DNA from: an uncultured Rivularia sp. | GTDB lineage: Bacteria > Cyanobacteriota > Cyanobacteriia > Cyanobacteriales > Nostocaceae | NCBI GenBank assembly: GCA_963665115.1 | Contig: OY762007.1 | Location: 5,792,001 to 5,856,000 of the forward strand | DNA length: 64,000 nt | Direction: 5' to 3' | Part shown: in pieces, positions 11,773 through 24,236 of the stretch | How positions within the stretch are numbered: position 1 is the stretch's first letter | How the letters are laid out: every line of letters begins with the position of its first letter | The notes under the pieces: model-generated | What the model was told of the DNA's origin: nothing | The model's input: the letters and a program-made list of their open reading frames with translations, nothing else | Databases searched by the model: none | Program-made: the position numbers and the translations under genes

Positions 11773-14440
11773 TTAACCTTCTGCCGATTCTACCAATTGC
11801 ACGGTAGTTGCAGGTGCAGAGACTTTAACGACGGCTTTTTTGCTAAACGTTAACCCGCTTTTACCTCTATCAATGATGATTGTGTCACCAGGTAAGAAGG
11901 TGTTTTCTAATATCTTGGTGGCGAGGGGGTTTTCGATTTCTCGCTGAATTGCTCGTTTAATTGGACGAGCGCCGTATGTTGGATCGTAACCAATTTCTAC
12001 TATTTTTTCGCAAGCTGCTGGGGTAATTTCTACAGAGATTTTTTGATCTGATAATAGGTTTTCTACCCGTTTTAGCTGAATGCGGGTAATATCTCCCATT
12101 TGTTTTCTACCCAAAGCATGGAAAATTATTAAGTCATCAATACGTTGGACAAATTCAGGGACGGAAGTGTTTTCGTAAGGCTCCCATAACTCGATTCCGC
12201 ATTTTTTCGTACTGCGAATCATCGCCGGATATATCTAATATATGTTCGCTACCGATATTGCTCGTCATCACGATGACGCTGTTGCGAAAGTCTACGAGTC
12301 TTCCTTGAGAATCAGTAATTCTACCGTCATCTAAGACTTGCAACAATATATTAAATACATCTGGATGAGCTTTTTCCACTTCGTCAAGCAGTATCACAGA
12401 ATAAGGACGACGGCGCACTGCTTCGGAAAGTTGACCGCCTTCTTCAAAACCAACGTATCCCGGTGGCGCTCCTACTAAACGCGATACAGAATGCTTTTCC
12501 ATGTATTCCGACATATCCAAACGCACCATTGCATCTTCGGAATCGAACATGAATTTTGCTAAAGCCCGCGCCAATTCTGTTTTACCAACACCCGTAGGTC
12601 CCATGAATAAAAACGAACCAATGGGGCGTTGAGGATCTTTCATTCCCGCACGAGCGCGACGAATTGCAGCCGATACTGCCGATACTGCTTCATCTTGTCC
12701 GATGACTCTTTGATGGAGATGATCTTCTAACTGCAATAATTTTTGTCTTTCCGACTCTAATAGGCTATTTATCGGAATTCCCGTCCATTTCGCCACAATT
12801 TCGGCAATATCGTCTTCCGTTACCTGCTCTCTGAGCAAACTAGAGCCTTTGCTTTGAACTTCTAATAGTTTCGCTTCCTTGACTTCGCGATCGCGCTGTA
12901 CTCCTTCTAATTTGCCATATTTTAATTGCGCTGCGGTATTAAGATCGTAAGCACGTTCGGCTTGTTCAATTTGAACTCTAAGCTTCTCTTCTTCTTGCTT
13001 CAAAGCACTGATTTCTTCTAATACCTGCTTCTCACCCTGCCACTGTTCGTTAAAGTCTTCCTGCTTTTCCGTCAAATCGTCAATTTCTTGCTCGATTCTT
13101 TCTAACCGTTGCTGCGTCTGAAAAGTCGCTTTTTCTTCTCCTGCTAAAGACAGCTTTTCCATTTCTAGCTGCATTAACCGACGTTCAATATTTTCTAATT
13201 CCGCAGGTTTGGAAGTAATTTCCATTTTCAACTGCGCTGCTGCTTCGTCTACCAAGTCAATGGCTTTATCTGGTAAAAAACGGTCGGAAATGTAACGCGC
13301 TGATAATGTAGCTGCTGCAACTAAAGCAGAATCAGAAATTTTAACGTTGTGGTGAACTTCATAACGTTCCTTAAGTCCCCGCAAAATAGAAATCGTATTT
13401 TCCACGCTAGGTTGAGTAACCAAAACTTGTTGAAACCGTCTTTCTAAAGCCGGATCTTTTTCAATATATTTTCTATACTCATCCAAAGTAGTCGCACCAA
13501 TACAGCGCAACTCACCCCGCGCTAACATCGGCTTAAGTAAATTACCAGCATCCATCGAACCTTGCTGCCCCGAACCCGCACCGACTACCGTATGTAGCTC
13601 ATCAATAAATAAAACTATTTGACCAGCAGATTCAGTAACTTCGCGGAGAACAGCTTTTAATCTATCTTCAAACTCACCGCGATACTTTGCTCCAGCAATC
13701 AAACTACCCATATCCAAACCGATGATTTGCCGGTTTTTCAGCGATTCGGGAACATCACCATTAATAATTCGTTGAGCCAAAGCTTCGGCGATCGCCGTTT
13801 TTCCAACTCCAGGCTCCCCAATCAACACGGGATTATTTTTACTGCGACGAGATAACACCTGAATCACGCGGCGGATTTCATCATCTCGTCCAATCACCGG
13901 GTCAAGTTTACCAGCTTTTGCTTGCTCGGTTAAATCTCTACCAAATTTTTCTAAAGCTTCATAGCGAGATTCGGGATTTTGGTCAGTTACCTTTTGTTTA
14001 CCCCGCACATTTTTAATCGCAGCTTCTAAATCTTCACTAGTAGCATTTAAACTTCTAAATATTTTTCTACCAATACGTTCCTCTTCAGCAAAAGCCAGCA
14101 GAAGATGCTCCACACTAATATAAGCATCATTCATACTATCCTTAGCATCTTGGGCACCATCAAGCATCCGGTCAAGACCTTTGCCCAGGTATAATTGCTC
14201 GCTTCTGCCTACCTTCGGCTGACGGCGAGTAAAATCTTCAAGCATCTGCTGTAACTGCTCAATCTCCACCTCTGCACGACTTAGAACCTTATGAGCCAGC
14301 CCATTATCTTGTTCCAAAAGAGCCAGCATCAAATGTTCTACATCTAACTGCTGTTGATTGTAAGCACGGACAATATCCTGAGATTTAACAATTGCTTCCC
14401 AGGCTTTGTCAGTAAATTTATCTGGATCTGTTGGCTGCAT
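11773..14440 (-). CDS. clpB: ATP-dependent chaperone ClpB; +1 frameshift at ~12158-12160
   Basis: Two Walker A motifs ([16 protein letters not shown]) and a coiled-coil M domain. Removing one G restores [11 protein letters not shown] and joins ORF 11773-12222. Confidence 0.95.
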
Positions 14441-14473
14441 ATTAAGAATTTTAGATTTTAGATATTATAAAGA

Positions 14474-14638
14474 TTGATAGTTGATAGTTGATAGTTGTTA
14501 GTTGATGGTTGATAGTTGTTAGTTGATAGTTGATGGTTGACGATGCATACCCTGCGGGTGAAAGTAGATAGTTTATAACCACTAACTACTAACCACTAAC
14601 CACTAACCACTAACCACTAACCACTACTTACTAACCAT
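14474..14638. repeat. STRR heptamer arrays (GATAGTT)n and (TAACCAC)n
   Basis: Visible tandem 7-mers between the porin gene and clpB. Confidence 0.9.
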
Positions 14639-14645
14639 TCCTAAT

Positions 14646-16226
14646 TTAAAACGAAAACGTTGACCTTAACGTAGTTTGCCAAATAGTACCTCGATCGCTG
14701 TCGTTATCGGGGTTAACTACTAAAGAAATTACGGGAGTAAAGCTAAGATTATCGCTTAGTCGCAGATTATAAAATGTCTCGAAGTTAGTTTGAGTCGCAT
14801 TTCCCACACCATCGGTAACAAAGGGTTGTCCAATTGCGACACCGGCAATGGTACCGGGAATGCCAATGTTACGCAAGCCAACACCAATTGTCCAGCTAAC
14901 GGGTTTTACATCTAAATTTTGATTTAGTGCAGTGTTAAATCCTTGATAATCACCGATTCCTAAACGACCAAAAATTCCCGTATTGCGGTTGAGAGCGTAT
15001 TCGGCATTTACGCCATAAGCATTAATATCGGTATCGTCAATTTCGGCATTTGTATATTGCAGTTTTAAAGTTAGTTTATCGCTAAAAGTATATTCTAATT
15101 CAGCACTGGCTTGATGTGGGTCGCCAAATAAGCCTTTATCATCTGAATTTTGATCGGCATCCCCAGCAATATAAAGTGAACGAAAAGCAACTTTACTATT
15201 TTTAGGTTTCCAGACAACAGCAGCACCAGCACCACCATTCCTGTCAATTCGATTTTGGACAATCAAAGGATTATTCAGAAAAATTCCCGAACTAAAATCA
15301 GCAGCTTCATCATTTGCATAGCGATTACCGTCAATAAAATCTCGCGGAGACATTTTCGCTCCCACAGTTACCGCTAAATCCGACGAAGGACGTAAAGTAT
15401 AATGCAAACGTCTGAGTTTAACATCATCTTCAACGTCAGTAAAATCAAGTCCCCCAGCATTAGCAAAAATACCATCGCTTCCTAATAAATTAGCATCTTG
15501 CTTTTGTGCTAAACCAACAGCATCACCACCGTTATTCCCAGATTCCAACTGAGTAACTAATAAATCTTTTTGACTAAAACTAGTTTCAAAAGTCAATCTA
15601 GTTCGAGAAACCACCGTAAAATTAGCTCTTCTTCCATCCGTTAAACCTACAATCTGCTGTCCTTTTAACTTAGTAGTAGTAGAAAACTGATTAGCTTGTA
15701 ACTTTGAAGAACGAGATTCTATATCATTTAACCGCGTTCGTAAATCCTGCAAAGCCTGAGAGTATTCTTTTTGCAAACGTTGTAAAGTGATTCTATCTCG
15801 CAGAATATACCTATCACCCATCGAACTAGTAATCAAATTTTCCACCTTATCCAAAGTCGCAGCTAAACCAGCAGCAAACTCATAACGAGTAAGAGCGCGA
15901 TTTCCCCTAAAAGTCCCATCCGGCAAACCCAGCTTTACGTCATATTTTTCGATCAAAGATTTCAAAGCTTGATAAGCCCAATCAGTTGGTTTTACGTCGG
16001 AGAGTTCGTCTACTGAAGTTGATTGGGAGAGAAAAGAGGGGGAAGAGGGGGAAGAACTTGTAATTTCTAACCTTTGACCTTTAACCTCTAACCTTTGTCT
16101 TCCTTCATAAGCTGCTTCTGAGGGAAGACAAAGCTGACTAAAAATTCCATAGCCAACTAAAGCCGCTAACAGCTTTGGAGAACGAATTATTTGCTTAAGA
16201 AACTGCTTCACGCTCAACTCCATCAC
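14646..16226 (-). CDS. SLH-domain outer membrane porin (iron-uptake/OprB-like cyanobacterial porin)
   Basis: SLH motif LSDVKPTDWAYQAL...FRGNRALTRYEFAAGL, coiled coil, QFSTTTKLKG, and terminal RSTFSF. Confidence 0.92.
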   Translation of the reverse strand: MMELSVKQFLKQIIRSPKLLAALVGYGIFSQLCLPSEAAYEGRQRLEVKGQRLEITSSSPSSPSFLSQSTSVDELSDVKPTDWAYQALKSLIEKYDVKLGLPDGTFRGNRALTRYEFAAGLAATLDKVENLITSSMGDRYILRDRITLQRLQKEYSQALQDLRTRLNDIESRSSKLQANQFSTTTKLKGQQIVGLTDGRRANFTVVSRTRLTFETSFSQKDLLVTQLESGNNGGDAVGLAQKQDANLLGSDGIFANAGGLDFTDVEDDVKLRRLHYTLRPSSDLAVTVGAKMSPRDFIDGNRYANDEAADFSSGIFLNNPLIVQNRIDRNGGAGAAVVWKPKNSKVAFRSLYIAGDADQNSDDKGLFGDPHQASAELEYTFSDKLTLKLQYTNAEIDDTDINAYGVNAEYALNRNTGIFGRLGIGDYQGFNTALNQNLDVKPVSWTIGVGLRNIGIPGTIAGVAIGQPFVTDGVGNATQTNFETFYNLRLSDNLSFTPVISLVVNPDNDSDRGTIWQTTLRSTFSF

Positions 16227-16434
16227 ACTTACACAATTAAGTATAATTGTTGACTTTTGGATAATTCTTTTGTTTCTGGCTAGATCGCGATAAAATCATT
16301 AGAAATTCAATTCAACGAGATCGGAAGACTAGAAAAAACACGGAAATATTGCTGCATTAAAAATTCCCAACTTCCGATTTTTAACTCTATAACTCCTCAC
16401 TCTTAACTCTTAACTAATCTCAAATCTCCGCTTA

Positions 16435-17835
<1,401 letters not shown>

Positions 17836-17872
17836 TTTTGGATTTTAGATTTTAGATTTTGGATTGAATTTG

Positions 17873-17907
17873 AGAAACCCGGTTTTTTTTGAAAGAGCCG
17901 GGTTTCT
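17873..17907 (+). terminator. Stem-loop after eno
   Basis: AGAAACCCGGTT...GCCGGGTTTCT. Confidence 0.6.
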
Positions 17908-17908
17908 T

Positions 17909-18842
17909 GGTTCGTAGTTGCGCTTTAGCGCCAAATCAATATGTTACACATTATCTAGCTGTAAATTAAAGCTGGTTTGTAGGTTGGGTTAAGCGAAAAA
18001 TAAATTATGGTTTTCAACGAGAAATTTATCTTTTTCGCTGTAACCCAACATTAATGCTGTGAGATTATGAATCGAGAATTGAGGTATTAGAAATTAAGAG
18101 TTAAATTCTAATATTTTATCCATAATCTTGATGTTGGGTTACGACACGAGAATATAAATTCGGGTTACTTTCTTTAATTGATTTTCGTGTCTAACCCAAC
18201 CTACGAGCTACTCAATATTTTGTTTACAATCGAGATAGATCGGGACTTAAGATATTGTTACAAATAGTTGATGGTGCGTGACGCATTGAGTTAATTTGAA
18301 CGTAGCAATAAGCTTTGTAGCGTCACGCACCCTACAAGAAAAATGTGCTAGTTGCGTAAGTAAAGTATGAGCTTCACTCAACTTACCAATTTCTATTTTT
18401 TACCCTTACCTTTTATTAATTCCCCTAACTTGTCAATCTCGTCAGGGCTGTATAATTTTTGATTCGGTCTTGCATTCAATTTATCCATTAATACGTGAAA
18501 AGCTTCCGTATCTCCTTGATTAGTCTTTAAATACGCTTTTAACTGCTTGATACTCATGTTCTGAAAATCATTCATCTTCAACCCTCCAATTCCCGTCTTT
18601 GAGTACGCAATTTATCTTTAACCCGCGCAGGCGGGTTTTGCTTGTGTAGCCGTGGTTTCAACCGCCAGGTAACTTTTGTTTATTCAAAAATCTTGATGTT
18701 GGGTTACGACACGATAATCTAGATTCGCGTTGTAAATTTAATTTTTTTTTCGTGTCTAACCTAACCTACAAACTGTCGTGACAAGGTAAAAATAGTGCAT
18801 TAAATTTCTGGTTTATGAGGCGCTAAAGCGCGACTACGAACC
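17909..18842. repeat. Repeat cluster bounded by 24-bp inverted GTAG-REP copies
   Basis: GGTTCGTAGTTGCGCTTTAGCGCC (17909-17932) vs 18819-18842 match 23/24 inverted. Long-loop hairpins lie at 17979-18051, 18131-18204, 18273-18335 and 18696-18769. Confidence 0.85.
18393..18575 (-). CDS. Small cyanobacterial protein, DUF6887-like
   Basis: NDFQNMSIKQLKAYLKTNQGDTEAFHVLMDKL resembles the DUF6887 pattern (recognised from memory). Confidence 0.7.
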   Translation of the reverse strand: MNDFQNMSIKQLKAYLKTNQGDTEAFHVLMDKLNARPNQKLYSPDEIDKLGELIKGKGKK

Positions 18843-18884
18843 TTTCCTATTTCTGTAATTTTTTCCCCAATCCCTCATGCCCAA

Positions 18885-19943
18885 TTAAGGATAAAAACCC
18901 AAACTTGGCAATCCCAGCATTTCATCCCAACCCATCATGATGTTTAAACACTGAATTGCTTGTCCGCTCTGTCCTTTAATCAAATTATCAATCGCTGACA
19001 TCACAATCACGCGGCGAGTGCGGGAGTCAACTTCTATACCCAAATAGCACAAGTTACTGCCGTGAGTCCATTTGGTTTGGGGATAAATTCCTGGTTCGCA
19101 AATTTTTACCCAAGAAGAGTGACGATAAAAGGCTTTATATATGGTAATTAAGTCGTCTCTCACTAATCCGGGGTCGCGCAATGTTGCGTATACTGTTGCT
19201 AAAATTCCGCGCACCATTGGTATGAGGTGATGGGTAAATTGTACGGTGACTTCATGTCCTGCTAAATCGCTGCAAATCTCTTCTATTTCTGGGGTGTGAC
19301 GGTGGCGAGCGACGTTGAAAGCTCCGAGTGTGTTGTCTGCTTCGGATAGTAATAAATGAGTTTCGGCTTGTCTTCCAACCGTTGAAGTGCCGCCTTTGCC
19401 GTCGATAATGGCGCTTTCGGGTACGATTAATCCTTGTTTGAGGAGGGGTGAAAGTGCTAGCAAACTGGCTGTAGGATACGAACCGGGACAGCCTACTAAT
19501 TGAGTGTCGGAAATGCGATCGCGATAAAGTTCTGGTAGTCCGTAAATGGCTGTGTTGGCGGTTTCTATGTCTTGACGCTGTTTGCCGTACCAATTACTGT
19601 AAGTTTTCAAGTTGCTAAATCGATAATCTGCTGACAAATCGAGGACTTTACATCCGTATTCGAGCAGTTTTGGTGCAATTTCGCAAGCTAATCCGTTGGG
19701 TAGCGATAAAAAAACGATTTCGCAGCGGCGTGCAATTGCTTCGGGCTTTACTGCTTCAACTTTGAGGTTTACTACGTGGGCTAAGTGAGGATAAATATCG
19801 CTAAAAGATTTTCCCGCACTACTTTCGCCGCCTAAATAAACCAGTTCTAGTTCTGGATGATTTAGTAGCAGTCGCACCAACTGAACTCCACCATATCCTG
19901 ACGCGCCAATAATTCCCACGGGTACGCGCCTAAAATTGCCCAT
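18885..19943 (-). CDS. argC: N-acetyl-gamma-glutamyl-phosphate reductase homolog with catalytic Cys replaced by Ser
   Basis: GASGYGG, DLSADYR, YGLPEL, HRHTPEI and IDNLIKG motifs; the active-site region reads GCPGSYPT. Confidence 0.9.
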   Translation of the reverse strand: MGNFRRVPVGIIGASGYGGVQLVRLLLNHPELELVYLGGESSAGKSFSDIYPHLAHVVNLKVEAVKPEAIARRCEIVFLSLPNGLACEIAPKLLEYGCKVLDLSADYRFSNLKTYSNWYGKQRQDIETANTAIYGLPELYRDRISDTQLVGCPGSYPTASLLALSPLLKQGLIVPESAIIDGKGGTSTVGRQAETHLLLSEADNTLGAFNVARHRHTPEIEEICSDLAGHEVTVQFTHHLIPMVRGILATVYATLRDPGLVRDDLITIYKAFYRHSSWVKICEPGIYPQTKWTHGSNLCYLGIEVDSRTRRVIVMSAIDNLIKGQSGQAIQCLNIMMGWDEMLGLPSLGFYP

Positions 19944-20128
19944 GTTTAAAAATTCCTATCCTATTAAAATGTTATGTAATTAAGTCTTCGTAACATAAGA
20001 GAGCGTTGTAGACACTTCTGCTATGTTATCGAATCATTGCTACTATGCTTCGCGGTTTCACAAAAGAGCTACAATGTGAGATAAGATTTATTAAAAAAAA
20101 TTAACGTTCGCTCTTCGAGAAATTCTCT

Positions 20129-21854
20129 GTGTCGCAGCATAATATCGAAACGCACTCTCCGCAAGGTGGGGAAACCACCCCGGTTACTACCGATTCAACC
20201 CAAGTATTTAAATTTGATTCGATTGATACCGCACTGGCTGACTTGAAAGCTGGTCGCTGTGTGGTGGTGGTGGATGATGAAAATCGAGAAAATGAAGGCG
20301 ATTTGATTTGTGCAGCCCAGTTTGCAACACCAGATACAATCAACTTGATGGCAGTAGAAGCGCGAGGTTTGATTTGTTTGGCAATGACTGGCGATCGCCT
20401 TGATGAATTAGATTTACCTTTGATGGTGAAAAACATCACCGATACCAATCAAACTGCTTTCACTGTCAGCATTGACGCTGGGCCGGAACTAGGCGTTACT
20501 ACAGGAATTTCCGCCGAAGATCGCGCTCGCACGATTCAGGTAGCGCTCAATCCCCATACCAAGCCGGAGGATTTACGCCGTCCAGGTCATATTTTTCCAA
20601 TTCGCGCTCGAAAAGGAGGCGTACTTAAAAGAGCGGGACATACAGAAGCTGCTGTCGATTTATCTCGATTAGCCGGTTTGTATCCTGCGGGGGTAATTTG
20701 CGAAATCCAAAACCCCAACGGTTCGATGGCACGGCTACCAGAATTATTTGAGTATGCCAAGCATCATCAGATGAAAATTATCAGTATCGCGGATTTAATT
20801 AGTTATCGTCTGCGTTATGACAGAATAATTCAACGCGAAACCGTTGCCGATTTACCTACACAGTTCGGAAATTTTAAAATATACGCTTACCGCCACACTT
20901 TAGATAATAAAGAACACGTTGCTATTGTCAAAGGCGATCCGGAGACATTCGGCGATAAATCTGTAATGGTGCGGGTGCATTCCGAATGTTTGACGGGAGA
21001 TGCTTTAGGCTCCTTGCGCTGCGACTGTAGAATGCAGTTACAAGCAGCCTTGAAAATGATTGAGAATGCGGGAGAAGGTGTAGTTGTATATTTGCGTCAA
21101 GAAGGACGCGGTATTGGTTTAATTAATAAATTAAAAGCCTATTCCTTGCAAGATATGGGGTTGGATACCGTAGAAGCAAACGAACGCTTGGGATTTCCTG
21201 CCGACTTGCGCGACTACGGCATGGGAGCGCAAATGCTGATGGATTTGAACGTACATAATATACGTTTGATTACCAACAATCCTCGTAAAATTGCTGGTTT
21301 GAAAGGTTATGGTTTGGAAGTAGTTGATAGAGTACCTTTATTAATTGAAGCCAACGATTACAACACTCATTACCTAGCAACAAAAGCCAAAAAGCTTGGT
21401 CATATGCTGTTGCAGACTTATTTGGTAACATTAGCCCTACATTGGCAAGACGAGCCTTTATCGATTACCCAACGTTACGAACGTTTGGAAAATATAAGAA
21501 ATTTAGCAAAAACCCATCATTTATTGTTACAGGAAGAAACCCGTCCTTTGGGTTTAGCTTTATTTACCGAACCATCTTTAACAGTACACCTTGGTTTAGA
21601 CCAAGCCAACGTTGCTTCAGCAGATTGGTATCAAGAGAAAGACCATCCTTACGTGCAGGCAGTTACTAACATCCTTGATAAATTAGTTGAATTACCCTAC
21701 GTTCAAAAATTAGAATTTCTGATTTCACCTGGAGTAGACCCCTTTGAGTAAGCTACAGGTAAAGTTGGATAGACAAGCTTTTGAAATCAGTCAATTACCT
21801 TCTTCACTAAACGGTGAATTGGAAACCCAGAAGATTTATAGTTTTAGAAAGTAG
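20129..21854 (+). CDS. ribBA: Bifunctional DHBP synthase/GTP cyclohydrolase II; +1 frameshift at ~21739-21745
   Basis: DDENRENEGD, RAGHTEA, RVHSECLTGD and RCDC motifs. Deleting one base gives DPLSKLQVKLDRQ...QKIYSFRK* ending at 21854. Confidence 0.95.
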
Positions 21855-21865
21855 AATTTTAAATT

Positions 21866-21935
21866 GTAGGGTGCTGTGACGGTTACAACAATTTATCATG
21901 TGTAATAGAATAATTTGGACATACCGTCACGCACC
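21866..21935 (+). repeat. GTAG-tagged long-loop REP-like hairpin
   Basis: GTAGGGTGCTGTGACGGT...ACCGTCACGCACC; same family as 5273 and 18273. Confidence 0.8.
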
Positions 21936-21962
21936 ATTTATTAATTATGATAAGTTATGTAT

Positions 21963-22367
21963 TTAGTTCGTAGTAAGCGATTTATCGCTCTTTCCTAACC
22001 AAGAGACAAAAACCAAAATTAAATAAAGCAATCCAAACAAAGCACCACCATAAATCAGCCCTAAAGAAAGAGTTGAATTAAAAGTATAATTTGGATTATT
22101 TTCTAATAACTTATGAAGTCCAGAATGAATTATTATAAATACAGAAAGAGCAATCCGCGACCAACTTTTTATAAACTGAGATTCATTATTAGTCAACCAT
22201 AACAGCGCTGCAATCAGCGGTATATGAAGAATAACAAAAGCGACTGATGCAGTTTCTTCCGGCAGACTTCGTAATATAAATAAAAGTTTCCATTCAGATT
22301 GCGTCATTGCATCAAGTTCATGGGTGATAATTGTTGCAAAACCCAAATAAAAAAGTAGATTTTTCAT
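21963..22367 (-). CDS. Small membrane protein, DUF6713-like
   Basis: THELDAM...EW...F...HIPL pattern and four hydrophobic segments. Confidence 0.7.
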   Translation of the reverse strand: MKNLLFYLGFATIITHELDAMTQSEWKLLFILRSLPEETASVAFVILHIPLIAALLWLTNNESQFIKSWSRIALSVFIIIHSGLHKLLENNPNYTFNSTLSLGLIYGGALFGLLYLILVFVSWLGKSDKSLTTN

Positions 22368-22475
22368 TCTTTATTCAACTTATTTAAAATAATTTTTAGA
22401 TGTAGATTATGTTTGAAATACCGTAACGCAGCAAAATTAATCAAGAGACTTCCAAATTAAAAAATATCCAATTTA

Positions 22476-22739
22476 GTAGTGCGAGCATCTTGCTCGCTGT
22501 GTGTCTCTAGCAAGCAAGATGCTCTTATCTTTACCAACTACTTTTCGCTGTGTGTCTCTAGCAAGCAAGATGCTCTACTCTCTTTACCAACTACTTTTCG
22601 CTGTGTGTCTCTAGCAAGCAAGATGCTCTACTCTCTTTACCAACTACTTTTCGCTGTGTGTCTCTAGCAAGCAAGATGCTCTTATCTTTACCAACTACTT
22701 TTCGCTGTGTGTCTCTAGCGAGCAAGATGCTCGCACTAC
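22476..22739. repeat. Tandem 51/53-bp repeat array inside a GTAG REP doublet
   Basis: 31-bp core TCGCTGTGTGTCTCTAGC(A/G)AGCAAGATGCTC at 22494, 22545, 22598, 22651 and 22702; outer ends GTAGTGCGAGCATCTTGCTCGCT / AGCGAGCAAGATGCTCGCACTAC. Confidence 0.92.
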
Positions 22740-22794
22740 CTTGGAGAATTATTTTTTGGAATTCTCGGTGCGTTACACTCCGCGACAACACACC

Positions 22795-23172
22795 CTACAT
22801 TTTTTCCTGCAAAACTCCTTCACGGAAATATAAAAACAACGGTAAACTACAACTTAAACCAATTCCAAAAGTCGCAACAACATAAATAATTAATCTGCTA
22901 CGAGATACACATAGTCGCTTCAATTCAAAAAACGAAAAGCACAAAAATACCAACGCACTAATCAGCAAATCTGTTCCAAATGCAGCCGCAGCATAATTAT
23001 CAAATTCCTTTTGAATTAACAACCCAATAGAAAAACCATTTTGAATAAAGAATTTTATTATTAAACTCCAAGGTGCAATAGTTCCAATAATTACCAGCAG
23101 TAAATAAAGCGATTTAGCTGAAAATAATTTACCAGATACAGAAGCTTGATTTTGATAAGTTGTATTGGACAT
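22795..23172 (-). CDS. DUF2834-like membrane protein
   Basis: GTIAPW, FGTDLLIS and IGLSCSLPLFLYFRE pattern. Confidence 0.8.
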   Translation of the reverse strand: MSNTTYQNQASVSGKLFSAKSLYLLLVIIGTIAPWSLIIKFFIQNGFSIGLLIQKEFDNYAAAAFGTDLLISALVFLCFSFFELKRLCVSRSRLIIYVVATFGIGLSCSLPLFLYFREGVLQEKM

Positions 23173-23292
23173 AATTTTTATTTACCGATTCAAATTTAAT
23201 CGTCATTGTTGTTTTGATTATGATTGCTGTATTTCAGAGAAACAATTACCTTTGAGGTAATAAAGATATTGCTTTTGACTACAAATATTGCA

Positions 23293-24129
23293 ATGCAATC
23301 TACTCCAACTCAAGAAACAACTTTCGGAAATCTGCTAAAACACCATAGAAAGCAGCGAAATTTTAGCCAACTTGATTTAGCTTTAGCCAGCGATGTTTCT
23401 CAAAGACACATTAGTTTTCTCGAATCCGGTAGAGCAAATCCCAGTCAAGAAATGATATTGCAGCTTGCTAGCGTGCTAGATATTCCTTTACGGGAACAAA
23501 ACGTTATGCTCACAGCTGCGGGATTTGCACCGATTTACTCCGAAAGCAATTTATCCTCACCCGAATTTGAACCCATCCGCAAAGCTTTGGATTTTATTTT
23601 GCTTTCTCAAACACATTTACCCGTGTTGATAATGGATAGATACTGGAATTTAATTCAAAGTAATCCAGTTTCGCAACAGTTAATCAACTGGTTGATTGAT
23701 TCAGAAGACTTACACAATAATTTCTACATCGACAAAAAAATTAACTTGATGCGATTGATGTTGCATCCCCAAGGTTTAAAACCATTTGTCGCGAATTGGG
23801 AAGAAACAGCCAGCCATTTAATCAAAAGAGTTTATCGAGAAGCAATAACAAATGATAACAGCCAACAACCCAGGCTGCTTTATCAAGAATTCATGACATA
23901 TCCAGATATTCCACAATTGTGGAAACTTTCTAATTCACACACTTGGCAAATGCCATTATTAACCGTCAACTTTCTTAAAGACGGATTAAACCTGAACTTT
24001 TTTTCGGCGATCGCCACTCTAGGTACACCACAGGACATCATGTTACAAGAATTGCGAATTGAAACCTTATTCCCAGCAGATGAAATTACTCAAAAGAATT
24101 TAATCGAGTTAAATTTATTCTCAGTATAA
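23293..24129 (+). CDS. XRE-family HTH regulator with MmyB-like ligand-binding domain
   Basis: SQLDLALASDVSQRHISFLESGRANPS helix-turn-helix; C-terminal TLGTPQDIMLQELRIETLFPAD. Confidence 0.9.
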   Translation: MQSTPTQETTFGNLLKHHRKQRNFSQLDLALASDVSQRHISFLESGRANPSQEMILQLASVLDIPLREQNVMLTAAGFAPIYSESNLSSPEFEPIRKALDFILLSQTHLPVLIMDRYWNLIQSNPVSQQLINWLIDSEDLHNNFYIDKKINLMRLMLHPQGLKPFVANWEETASHLIKRVYREAITNDNSQQPRLLYQEFMTYPDIPQLWKLSNSHTWQMPLLTVNFLKDGLNLNFFSAIATLGTPQDIMLQELRIETLFPADEITQKNLIELNLFSV

Positions 24130-24236
24130 TTAAACTGATAAAAACTATATCTCTCTTTCCTTCTTACCTCCGCGCCCTTTGCGCCTTCTGCGGTTTTATA
24201 AATCCACAATTACCGCGAAAAATATTAATGCTACCC

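Noticed and set aside
22476..22739. CRISPR array
   Set aside because: The linkers are only 20-22 nt and nearly identical rather than unique, there are no cas genes, and the unit derives from a REP arm.
22479..22885. Three short ORFs over the tandem array
   Set aside because: Periodic peptides generated by the repeat.
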